A DNA stretch of 64,000 nucleotides. It comes from Octopus sinensis (taxonomy: Eukaryota). The notes beneath the pieces were generated by a model. It searched no databases. It was not told the DNA's origin and saw only the letters and a program-made list of their open reading frames with translations. The position numbers were made by a program, and so were the translations under genes. The stretch is taken from contig NC_043004.1 of the NCBI RefSeq assembly GCF_006345805.1, positions 74,462,001-74,526,000 of the forward strand, given 5' to 3'. This document shows positions 27,446 to 40,949 of the stretch, piece by piece. Position 1 is the first letter of the stretch, and each line of letters begins with the position of its first letter.

Positions 27446-29263
27446 TTTTTGTACTTGTTGCCAGTCATTTGACTGTGGCCATGCTGGAGCACCGCCTTTA
27501 GAGTGGTGAAAGAGTACAGCAGGGATCACACCTCCTGCCGGAGCCTCGTGGAGCTTTTAGTGTTTTTTTTCGCTCAATAACACACACACAACGCCCGGTC
27601 TGGGAATCGAAACCGCGACCCTCCGACGCAAGTCCGCTGCCCTAACCACTAGGCCATTGCGCCTCCTATAATATATATATATATATTAATATGTATATAT
27701 AAGTATATTATATATATATATATTAAGTATATTTATGTATATGTGTATATATATATATATATCCTTTATATATATATGTATATATAATATAATATATATA
27801 TATGTATATATAAATATATATATATATATATGTATATATAAGTATATATAAGTATATTTATGTATATGTGTATATATCATCATCAATCGTTTAACGTCCG
27901 TTCTCCATGCTAGCATGGGTTTAGATGTATATATATGGGTTATGAGTAGTAATGGTGTTAGTGAGATCCAAAGGTGTCAGGTAATGCTAATAAGTGCTAT
28001 GGATAGACCATAGTTAAGTTCCGGGTTCGGTGATTATGCGAATAAGGGGTCCAACTTAGGTCATATATCAGCATGTGTATATAACATTTTTTTTTCCGTA
28101 ATGAGATAACAAACTAAGGCTGTGTAGATTTTAGAATATTTATAAATATTTATAATGTTCTAAAATCTACACAGCCTTGGTTTATTATCTCATTATGGAA
28201 AAAAAAATGTTATAAACCATCATCATCATCGTTTAACGTACGCTTTCCATGCTAGCATGGTTGGACGATTTTGACTGTGGGCTAGCGAGCCAAATGGCTG
28301 CACCAGGCTCCAATCTTGATCGGCAGAGTTTCTACAGCTGGATGCCCTTCCTAAGCCATTAAATATCTTTTATTGTTTGTCTTTTACTAGATTCAGTCAT
28401 TAGACTGTGGCCATGCTGGGGCACCACCTTGATGATTTTATTTCAATGAATTGAGCCTAGTACTTACATTTTAAAAAACCTGGCCCTTATTCTATTAGCC
28501 TCTGTTATGAGGAGTATATATAACAAACCAACACCAGTTGTCAAGTGTGGTGAAGGACAAACACAGACACAAAGACATGAACACACGCACACACACACAC
28601 ACAAGGGCTTCTTCCAGATTCCATTCCATCTACCAAATGCAACGAGAAGGCTTTAGTTGGCCTGAGGGTAGAGTAGGAGATGCATTCAGAGGTGCCACAC
28701 GTGGGACTGAACCCGGAACCGTGAAGTTGGGGAGTAAAATTGTTACCATACAGCTACTTTCCGCACACCTATATAACTATCGATAATTTACCTGATTAAT
28801 TTCAGGGGCCATATTAATACAAAGGTTTTCCTATATGGTTCCAATTAATCCATATCACTAATTATGCATCATTTACTACTAATGATTATAAATATTAATT
28901 ATTTTTTAATATTAATTTATTCAATATTAATTATAATTAAAAAAATTAGCTTAATCACAAAAATGCTATTCTTACCTGCATCACACATTGTAGTGGACCC
29001 TTCAATAAACTTGGAGCCATCAGGACATGCGCACCGATAACCCTTTGGAATCAGGAGGCAGAGGTGGCTGCATGTCTTTTCTGAAGCACATTCGCTTGTG
29101 ACTACACAAAACAAACACAAAATAACAAACGTCTGTATGTAACTAGAAGCTGATTTATATATAAATAAATGTTGGTTGGTTGGTTGGTTGGCTGGTTGGT
29201 TGGTTTGATGGTTGGTCGAGCGATTTCTTCTGACTTACATTACATTGTATAGAAAGAAGAACA

Positions 29264-29302
<39 letters not shown>

Positions 29303-29478
29303 GAGAGGGAGAGAGTCAGCATGAGGAGTTCAAGATGAGCATGCATGCTAGGCTTGGTGACAGGCAATGAATAAAAAAACCCACTATGCATACATACACA
29401 GTGAAAGAGAGAAATTCAGGGAAGATGGATTAGAGAGAGGAAGAGAGAATGGAAGGGAGAGAACAGGGAAGGAGGGAG

Positions 29479-29528
<50 letters not shown>

Positions 29529-31541
29529 CAGCATAAGGAGTTCAAGATGAGTGTACATGTTAGGCTTGGTGACAGGCAATGAATAAAAAAATCCACTATA
29601 CAGACATACACAATGAAACAGAAATTCAGAGAGATGGAGGAGAGAGAGAGAGGAAGAGAGAAGAGAGGGAGAGAGGGAGGGAGGGAGGAGGGAGAGAGAT
29701 GGAATAAGATAGAAAGAGAGATCACTTACCTTTTGGATACTTGTATGGTGGGAATGCAATTAACACTGCTTGGAGAAAAGAGTTGGTCTCTCAGAGTAAC
29801 ATTTATACCTCGTCCAAATTTATCCATTTGCATCAGTTTGCCTTCATTTTGGGACACCCAGTATATTTCACTTTCATACAGGTCAATACTCACTGGGTTA
29901 ATTGCTGAAATGACAACGGGTATATGTTTGATGCTCAAGAAAAATGGAATAATCTTTGATGTTTTGAACCTGTGCTCTTCTTCAGAAACAAACGAGGAAA
30001 GAAAACAAAGGAGGGTGGAAAAACAATGTATCATATATATATATATGCTGGTATGTTTATGTCTGCATAACTTATTCTATCGGCCTCTTTTGCTGAACCA
30101 CTAAGTACTAGGCTTACAAAGAATTAGTCCTGGGGTTGATTTGCTCGACTAAAGGCAGTGCTCCAGCATGGCCACAGTCAAATGACTGAAACAAATAAAG
30201 AATAAAGAGAATATGTACACACTGTATTTGATGCCATGCAAGATACACCTTTTTCCCCAAAAAATTTGTCTCAAAAAATATCCCCATTGAACCCAAGTTA
30301 GATCACGCATAAGTTTTAATGCACTAAAACCTTCTTTACCTGAATATGCACTGCTGAAATTAGGGTACCCATCAAATGTACCCATGCATTTTTTATACCT
30401 TCAAATAGTGTACATACATCATTGTATAGGAAACAAAATTGATTTACTCTATGAAAAAAGATTTATTTGTGGCTGTGTGGTAAGAAGCTTGCTTCCCAAC
30501 CACTGCCCCTATCCCTTGCCCCTTCATAAGCAAAAATAAATAAATCTGATACCATTTCCAATAACAACCACTTGGTCGGTGCCATCCGGTTTCATTGACA
30601 GGATTCTGTTGAATTTGGAATCAGACCAGAACACACGATTGTTCATGAAGTAATCGATGGCAATTCCACTTGGTCGTGCCAGTTCTTTGTTCACTAGAAC
30701 CTGTCTTCTCTCACCAGTCATCCAAGACCTTTCTATCTTGGGTTGTAACTGTTTATATCTGTCCAGTACATCCAGCTGAAAAAGTGCATGGGAAACAAGC
30801 ATAAAAGTTATGATGATGACGGGAGAGAGAGAAGGAAGAGGAAGAAGCATACACACATGCATGAAAATAAAGAATACTGGTGGAGCATTCGAAGGAAAAG
30901 AGCAACCTGGCATAACCCTAATGGGTCACATACAATTATAATCCATGGGAAGCAAAAATGATGCCATGATGAAGAGATCAACTGATCAGTGCATATGAAT
31001 ATTTCATCAAATATTGGGGGAGTTAGGAGCATTGATGGAGAACTAATGGAAAATATGCAACTACTAAATTCAGGTGAGGAACTTTTGTTTTTACCTATTG
31101 TCCTCCTTGCTTTGGGTTACATAACAACAGAAAATCCCTAGAAATGCTGGGGTTTCCCAAGAAAGTACAAAGCAAGTTGATTCACACCCCTTAAATACAC
31201 CCGGTTAGTGGCACAGTGGAATTTGCAGATGATTTGTTTATAGGGATCAAACATATATAAGCTGTACTTTAACTCCCTCCCTCTATCGAATCGACATTGC
31301 TTGTACAGGTGCGCAAGTGTGCTTGTACAGGTGTGTAAGTGTGCCTGGACAGGTGTACAATGTCAGACAATGAAGTGATTGCAGAGCAACGTAAAATAGT
31401 GAAATGACGTCTTTTGGTCAAGAACACAATAGGAACTGAACCCATGATGGTGTGACTGTGAGTGCAATACCTTAATTACTAGGCCACCAGGCCATGAACC
31501 CTCTTTCTCTCTCTCTTTCTGTATATATATACATATATATC

Positions 31542-31595
<54 letters not shown>

Positions 31596-34170
31596 ATCAT
31601 CATCATCATCCTCATCATCATCATCATTATCATTTAATGTCTGCCTTCCATACTGGCATGGGTGGGATGGTTTGACAGGAGCCAACCAAGTAGAAGCCTG
31701 CACCAGACTTCTGTGTCTGTTTTGGCAGAACTTTTACAGCTGGATGCCCTTCCTAACCCCGACCACCCTGTAGAGTGGACTGGGTGCTTTTTACGTGGCA
31801 CAAGCACAGGTGAGGTCAGTTTTGGCAAGGTTTTTACAGCTGGAATCCCTTCCAAATGCCAACCACTTTACAGTGTGGATGGGATGCTTTTTTAAGTGGT
31901 ACCTGCATTGACAGCGCCACCTAGTAACTTGCAATATAACAGATTTCTTTCAGTCTCAGTCTAATCAAATCCACTCACAAGGCTGTGGTTGGCCTAGGGC
32001 TATTGTAGAAGACATTTGCCCAAGGTGCTATGCAATGGGACTGAACTCCAAACCATGTTGTATGGGGGTGCAAATTGCTTAACCACATAGCCACGTCTGT
32101 ATATGTTTATGCAAAAGCTTTAAAAGTTAAAACCCTTAAACTCATCAGTTAGAGCTTATCCCAGTTTCTGAAATGTTTATCACTGAGAGTACTGACCCCT
32201 GCTCAGCAGTCTGTCAGTATGTCAGTCTGTCAGTCTGTCAGTCTGCCTGATGGTTAAACATCTACTGAAAAAAAAAACACATGTATCTTACATTGTACTT
32301 GCAACAAAGCGTGTGCAGACGAATAAAAACGCATCAAATTTTCTAGTGACAACAGTTTGAGTTTTACGAGTGCCATTTTCTAAATGTTTGAAGTGCCATC
32401 CCCTAAATGTTTGAGTGTCACAAGTGCCATTCCATAAATGTTTGAACATTCTCTAAATGTTGAAAATGGCAACAAAGACAAGTTTCATGGCAAGACACTA
32501 TAAATGCTACATGGCCAAAATGTTGTCACTTGTCGTCACGTCTGTGAGACACAACATCCAAAGATCATATTTCATCACCTCGTTCCACATCTTCCTGGGT
32601 CTACTGCTTCTTCTGGTTCCTGCACAGTTAGTGATTGGCACTTCTTTATGCAGCTGCCCTCATTCATAAGCATCACATGTCCATACCAGTGCACTCTCCT
32701 CTGTTGCACACTACATTTGGTGCCTCCTATATATCTGGTGCCTCTTATACATCTGGTACCTCTTGTACATCTGGTGCCACTTGTACATCTGGTGCCTCTT
32801 GTACATCTGGTGCTCTTATACATCTGGTGCCTCTTGTACATCTGGTGCCTCTTGTACATCTAGTGCCACTTGTACATCTAGTGCCACTTGTACATCTGGT
32901 GCCTCTTGTACATCTGGTGCTCTTGTACATCTGGTGCCTCTTATACATCTGGTGCCTCTTCTACCCAGTTTTTCTCCTGAGAAACACTCTGTCGTACATG
33001 CACACTGACATTGCACATCCAGTGAAACACACCAGCTTCATTTCTTTCAAGCTTTGCCGGCCCATGCAGTCACAGCCCATGTTTCACTGACATGTAGCAT
33101 GGCTGTTCGCACATAAGCACCATAAAATCTGCCTTTCACTCTGCAGGAGAGGCCCTTCGTTACCAGCAAAGGTAGAAGCTCCCTGGACTTTGCCCAGCCG
33201 AGTCTTGTTCTGGCAGCTTCATTCTCAGAGCATCCCCTTCACCTGATGACTGTCCAATCACAATCGTCTTTATGTGCAACAATAAATATTTCAGTCAAAT
33301 GTTCATGGATTTTGCTTCCAATTATTCACACAACCAATAAAATACATGTTTGTTCACTAACTCAACAATTACAACCCAACCACCAATGGTAACATAAGGG
33401 TCACAACCAACCCCACCATCTGTAAATGCAAAATAAAATATGTTTGCTATAACTGATCAACATGATCCGTATGTCACTAAGCCAATGACAAAACATTCTG
33501 ATGAAATATGTGAAATCATTGATATATGAAAAAAAAGAAAGAGAAAATCTTTATGTTTGCAAATATTCCAGTCAAAATTAGTGTTGTCTTTGAGGTTGGT
33601 GTTTCGTTATGGCTTCAAAACAGGGCAGGTGAAAATACCTCAAGAATATAATGAGTGATCAATAATGTGTCTCTTGAATGAAAATGCCTACCCAGTCTGT
33701 GAGTTAACGACAATAGCATAAGGTCTACGAAGTTCTGTTTTGATTAAAGTGTATCTGTATCTTCCATCTTTAGCCGCCACAGATATTGTTTTCTTTTTGG
33801 AGTCAGTCCAGTAAACATTCCTGTTATAAAAAGAGGAAAATATGAAATTAACATTATTGCTGCTGAAGTTATTGAAAATTTATCAGGAATGATAAAAGTC
33901 AAAGAAAAGAATAAATGGCACCTGCTTATCAAATTAAAATAAGATACGACCATTTAGTTAAGAAGATTGTTTTTGTGTGTATTCCTGGCTTCTATTCCTC
34001 AATCATGGCATCAGATGGACTGCTGCTTTGAGAATGGAATTTTGTTCATAGACACTTGGTGAAAGGTCTTCATGCACAAATACACACATATGTACACACA
34101 CACACACACACACATAGTGGGACTGAACTTGGAACTGTGTGATTGAGAAGCAAGGATCTTACCACACAAC

Positions 34171-34211
<41 letters not shown>

Positions 34212-34880
34212 TGTCAGTAAATCATAAATCTGAAAGAGAACCCACACTCTAAGTCATAGAGCAGTACAGTATTTAGATAAAGTTAGTTATGGATGGTTCA
34301 TTGGCTTACCCAGATTTCACATCCTACAAAAGTGCTTAGCTTTACATACAGCTTGTCAGACCCTAATGGCCAGCTATTAGGATCTGACATAAGGTAGGTC
34401 TGACATATATAACACAAGTGAAAAGGTGGGGGTGGGGGAGAGAACTAGAGATCACATGTCACTTTCTGTCTTTTCTCTAGACAAAGGCTTTTGGTTCATG
34501 CCTTTTGTATGTGTTGTGACTAATATATAAAAGATAAAAGATATATATAGGCATCATAATCATCATCAACATCATCATCTTCTTTCAATGTCTATTTTCC
34601 ATGCTGGCATGGGTTGGATGGTTTGACAGGAGCTGGCAAGCTGCAACTGGCCCCAATTGTCGGTTTTGGCAAGGGTTCTATGGCTGGATGCCCTTCCTGA
34701 TGCCAACCACTTTATTGTGTACAGAATGGTTTCAACAAGGTATCAGCATATATACGTACATATATATATACATATATGCATATATATATACACATACATG
34801 TTTATATATATATACACATACATATATATATATATATATTATATATATATACACATACATATATATATATATACACATAC

Positions 34881-34963
<83 letters not shown>

Positions 34964-36346
34964 CATGTATATATTATATATATACATTATATATATACAC
35001 ACACACATATACTTATACTTGCAGTAGTAGGAGTGCTAGGCAGTAATTAGAAATAAACAAACTTTAGGTTTGTTCCAATACGTTTGTGACATATTTTAAC
35101 CTCTAAAGGCAAATTCGCTGCATTTTAACCAAGGAGTTCACCAGGGAAGACACTGAGCAGATAAGACATTCTTACTCCTTTTACCATCACCATCATCATC
35201 ATCATCATCATCATCATCATTTAACACCGTTGTCCATGTTGGCATGGGTTGGGTGCTTTGACTGGGCTGGCACTCTGGAAAGCTGCACCAGGCTCCAGTC
35301 TGATTTGGCATGGTTTTCTATGACTGGATGTCCTTCCTAATGCCAACCCCACCAAGATTCTAATGGATGCTTTTATGGACCACTGGCACAGGTGCGATTT
35401 GCATGACACTGGTATCTACCATGACAGTGATTTTGCTCCGCTTGATGGGTTTTCTCAAACATGACATAATGTCAAAGGTCTTGGTCATTGCTTCCATGAG
35501 GCCCAACACTCAAAAGGAGCTTGACCACTTTGCCCCCATGAGGCCCACCACTTGAAAAGAATTCATCCACCTCACCTCCATGAGGCCCACTCAAAAGGAA
35601 CTCAGCCACTATACATCCATGAGGCCCAACACTTGAAAGGCACTCAGCCACTTTGCCTCTATGACGCCCAACATTCAAAAGTTGATTTTTTTTATGTGCC
35701 ACCAGCATGGCTGCACTTAGCTTGACAGATCCTCTTAAGCAGAGCACATCACCAATGGTCTCGGTCACTAGTCATTGATTTTGTGAGGTTCAAAGTTCAA
35801 AGGTCATGCTTCACCATCTTGTCCTATGTCTTCCTGGGTCTACCTCTACCACAGGTTCCCTCTACAGTTAGAGAACAACGCTTCTTTACACAGCTGTCCT
35901 CGTCCATATGTATCACATGACCATACCAGCACAGTCTTGCGCACCACATCTGATTCCTCTAATGCCTAAGAATTCTTCTCCGTGGTAAACTGCAGTGAAA
36001 TTGCCTTTAGAAGTGAAAATGTGTCAGTTAAAATATATTTTTGAACGAATCTAATTTCTGCTTAGTGCTGCTACTATTGTATCTGCTCTGGCCTGGTGCT
36101 TAGCTGGTCTAAGATAAAGCTATGGCTTTCTAATCTGCCCAGGGTTATCTCTCTTGGTATCTCCTTCTGAGGAAGGTTAAGGTGCCAGAAACACATCTAG
36201 GAATTTGTTAGGAGGAGACACCGAGCAGATGTGTTTTCACACCATTTACCATAAGCAAGAATTTTTTCTCCATGGTAAACTGCACTGAATTTGCCTTTAG
36301 AAGTTAAAATATGTCACAAACATATTTGAACAAATCGTAAGTTCAT

Positions 36347-36381
<35 letters not shown>

Positions 36382-38068
36382 ACACACACACACACACATA
36401 CATAGACACATATATGTACACACACAAACCCGTATGCACCTACACACATACACACATTTATATATATATATATATATATAAATATAAATATATAGTTTTT
36501 CAGTTTCCACTTAGCAAATCTACTTACTAACCTCAAGGCTTTGGTCAGCCTGGGCCTAAAGTAGAAGACACTTGCTCAAGGTGCCACACACACATGCACA
36601 CACACACACACATACGCACATGCACACACACACACCACACACACATACACAGAGTTATTTTGTAAACACAAAAACAAATTTTGCAGAAATAATGAAATAA
36701 TGAATAAGAAAAGAATACTTTGCTGTTGGCTATAATGTTATTTACCCTGATGTCCAGTCAATGGAAATGCCATTTGGTTCGTCTAGATTACTGATCTTCA
36801 GGTCTTGTGGGATTCCAACATTATCAGATTTTTGAGAAATATAAGAACGCATCACTGTTTTGCTGATCATATCTGTCCAGTAAAGGGTTGACCGTTCAAT
36901 GTCGACCGCTAAACCCTGCGATTTTTGTATGGAGAGTAAGGTGCTCATGTATTCTTTGATTATGGGATCAAATCTTCGGATGCCGCTACCCACAGACATG
37001 AAGATGCTTATTTTGCCTTCCTCTGTAAAAAAACAACATAAACACCATCAACATCATCGTTTTAACCCTTTAGCATTTAACTGGCCGTATCTGGCCCAAA
37101 TATTTAAATTGGCCAAATCCAGCCCCTCACACCTACCCTACAATGTCATTCTGAAAATAAACAATTATATCCTCAGAATCTCAAAGCTATGAGATAAAGC
37201 AGGATTAATTCGAAACAATGTGACTAAATAAGTATTATATTTGACAGATTAATCTGAATGCTAAAGGGTTAATGCCCACTTTTCCTTGCTGGCATGGGTT
37301 GGACAGGAATTTGTTGAGGTGAATTTTCTGTGGCTGGATGTCCTTCCTGTTGCCAACCCTCATCTGTTTCTGAGTAAAATAATATTTCCTCATGACCAGA
37401 CATGTACTTCAGAAAACTGGATACAAAGGTCCCCGTGTGGATGGGATAGACAGGATAAAGATCCTTGCTGAGTCAGATACACTCATGAGGGTCGGTTTCC
37501 CAGTTCCCATGGTGTGTATACTTCTCCCCTGGATGGGACACTGGTCTGTTGCAAGATAACTCACTTTTGCCAGCTGAGTTGACTGGAGCAACACAAAATG
37601 AAGTGTCTTGCTCAAGAACACAATGCGTTGCCCAGTCCAGGAATCGAAACCACATTCTTAGGATCATGAAGCCACAATCTCATAATCATATAATCACACA
37701 CACAGGTATGTTAATTTACTTACTTGTGTATTTACATTTGGGAGTGGGTAATAAAGGATCTTGGAACCCTTCGTGGCACAGGCATTTGTAGGAACCCTTT
37801 ATGTTGTTGCAGAGCTGAGGACATTTGTTATTTGAAAGTTCACACTCGTTAACATCTGAAAAAGAGAATTTCCAATTTAAATCAATGCCTTACGGTTGCC
37901 TTACTTCCATCTTGATTCTGTTTTATGTCTGCAGAAAGTGGCAGAAAGTTAAAGACCTTGACAATCATCCTCCTCTGCATCATCATCACCATCACCATCA
38001 TCCATTATCATCAGCACCACCACCATCACCATCATCCATCATCATCACCATCATCCATTATCATCAAT

Positions 38069-38099
<31 letters not shown>

Positions 38100-40898
38100 T
38101 CATCTGTCACCATCACCATCACCATCTTCCTCCTCCGCATCATCATCAGCATCAGCATCACCATCACCATCCCCCCACCATCTTCCTCCTCCTCTTCCTC
38201 CTCCGCATCATCATCACCATCACCATTATCAACCTCATCCTCATCCTCATCGTGGTCGTTGTTGTCATTGTCATCATCATCATTTCCCTCATCGTTGTCA
38301 TCATCATCAACACCATCAAGACGGGATAAAATGCGTTTGTGGTATCTCTGTTGGCCCTTCAACTCCAATGGAAAATCCCTCTCTTAATTGACAGTATAAC
38401 TACAACATCCACAAGAATTTAGCAAAGCAGACAATTTCTTTCTACAAATGGTTCAAAACTGTTCAAAGAACAAAATGCAAAATACAAAGACAGGTGAGGG
38501 AACCCCAAAGACAGGTGTATTATTCTACCTACCCACGCATTCTTTTGTCTTTCCATCTTTCATTTTGAAACCGCTTCGACAGGAACATATCATACCACCT
38601 CCTTCGAGATCCGTGCAATTGTGGGGACACCCTCCATTATCAATGCTGCAGTTGACGGCACCAGCATTTTTAACTGTAGAACATAAAGAAATATACAAGT
38701 TATAGATAAGCTTTCCAAGATCCCACCTGGAGTTTTTATATAATTATTATTTAATATAGTAAAGATTACTATAATCTTTACTATATTAAATATAACATGG
38801 CAGTCCTGGTTTAGGACTAATGTTGCTGTAATTTAGCCCCAGGAGACATCGTCTCCAGCTGGCTATACGACACGATCTGTGTCCAGGACTGCCATGTTAT
38901 GTTGGCGTACCCCAGTAATAAAATCACATAGACACACACATGTGCACACACAACATCCTAACAAATATTAATCACACACATACACACATACAAACGTGCA
39001 CACACACACACACACACACACACCATCCTACCAAATATAAAACACACACAGACACATTTACACACACCACAAACTCTGGGACCAATCAAAAACGGCTCCC
39101 ACACACAAACACAAACATATGTATATACACACGCACATGGAGACGTACACAGACACACACACACACACACACCATTCTGACCTTTAAGACCAGTCCCCAA
39201 AACCACTGAACCATGACAGACTAGCTCAGAAACAAAAAAAATTCTTTTAATTGCACATTGCTCTTCCTTCCACCTATCCCAACCAATCCCCCACACTGTC
39301 CCTTAATATAGTAAACAATCCTTAGCTACACACAAAATAAAAAATGCTAGAAAATAAGTTGGTTCATCTCAAATTCTTTGCAAACTCTTAAATATATCTG
39401 TTTCTGTGTGTATATATATATATATACTATACCAAACAAACATGATTTTTATTGAATTCCTAATACTTTTTGTTGAATATTTTCTTAAATATTCTTGTTG
39501 AGGGTTGCTTGGTGAAAAATAAAATGATACTTACTGCATCCTATTTCGTCAGATTTATCTGCACAGTCAGCTATTTCGTTGCATACTTTGAATGAATCGA
39601 TGCACTCTTTAGTTGTACACTTGAACTGATCTTGTTCACATATTTCTTCCTTTGGTTCGCCTAAGGAAAGCAGATTAATAATGGTTTAATGAAAAATCAC
39701 TGCAGTTTTGCTATTTACTGGAAGTCTTGGTGGCTCAATTAACAAATGGCTTTTAACATGGAGCACAGTGAAGTTTGGAAGTGGAGATGCTGCGTTATTC
39801 AGTTGCCCACACATACTCCACCTCCTCCTCCTTCTCACCACCACCACCACCACTATCATCATCATCATCATCATCTAACATACATGTTCCCTGCTCAAAG
39901 GAAGCAAACAATTTGACAGAGTCATGTGCCTGTACCAATGCCTTCTTTTTGGCATTCTTTCCTTCCTGCCGCCAACCATTCCACAGAGTGAACTGGGTGC
40001 CTGTTTCCCTGTGACAGCAGCACCAGTGATGCTGTCTTATAAATGGACAAGGCTGCCAAGGGCTTAAAGTAGTTTGTATAATGAAAGGAGAAGAGGAGAG
40101 AGTGTGAACAATGATATGGGGCAGGGGAATGAGGGAATGGTAAGAGGGGAAGCTGGGAAAGTTTGACAGGGTGGGAGGACAAGAATTAGTGATAGTATTG
40201 AGAGAAAGAGAAAGGGCATAGAATTGAAGGGTGACAGAATGGGTGGGTGGCCTAGGGTATCCAACATTTACAGAGCAAGTACAGGTGTATCAAATACCAT
40301 AGAACATAAGTTCTTGATGCAATATAGGGATAAGCATGTCTGGGCAGAAGGAGGTTTGCTTCCCAACCACATGGTCCCAGGTTCAGTCCCAGTGCATGAC
40401 ATCTTGGGTAAGTGCTTCTACTATAGCCTTGGGCCAACCAAGCCTTGTGAGTGGATTTGGTAGATGGAAACTAAAAGCAGCCCATCATACATATTTTGCA
40501 TATATATATATATATATACACTTGCGTCAGAAATTAATTAGCACTTCTCAAATTTCTACATTAAATAGGTTAAATCAATTAACCTATCAGCTGTTCAAAA
40601 TGTCTTACGCGATGAGAAAACTTAGTATGGTGTGATTTCGGTCCTTGCGAGGTGCTACCTATATCTATTAAACAAAGGAAGATTTGTCTGCATCCGCACT
40701 CCAAGTTGTTGTTGCACTGCTATGTCAACATCATAAGGCTGTAGACTCTCAAACTGCTCTGCAAACAAAGTTACGTCATCGTTCTGCGCAACAGTGAACT
40801 CGCAACAAAGCAATAGTTCGAGATATGGCCACTAGGTGACAGCACATACCTTGAGTGAAGAGCAAATCAAGGGTGCTAATTAATTTCTGACGGTAGTG

Positions 40899-40949
<51 letters not shown>

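Noticed and set aside
29730-30775. Compensating frameshift pair or programmed frameshift in LRP2
   Set aside because: The -1 event gives a stop two codons later, so the downstream +1 cannot compensate. Assembly error is the simpler explanation.
34601-35046. YI/HT/CV-repeat ORFs here and throughout the window
   Set aside because: Dinucleotide microsatellite translations.
37825-38391. His/Pro-rich ORFs
   Set aside because: Translations of (CAT/CAC)n microsatellite in an LRP2 intron.
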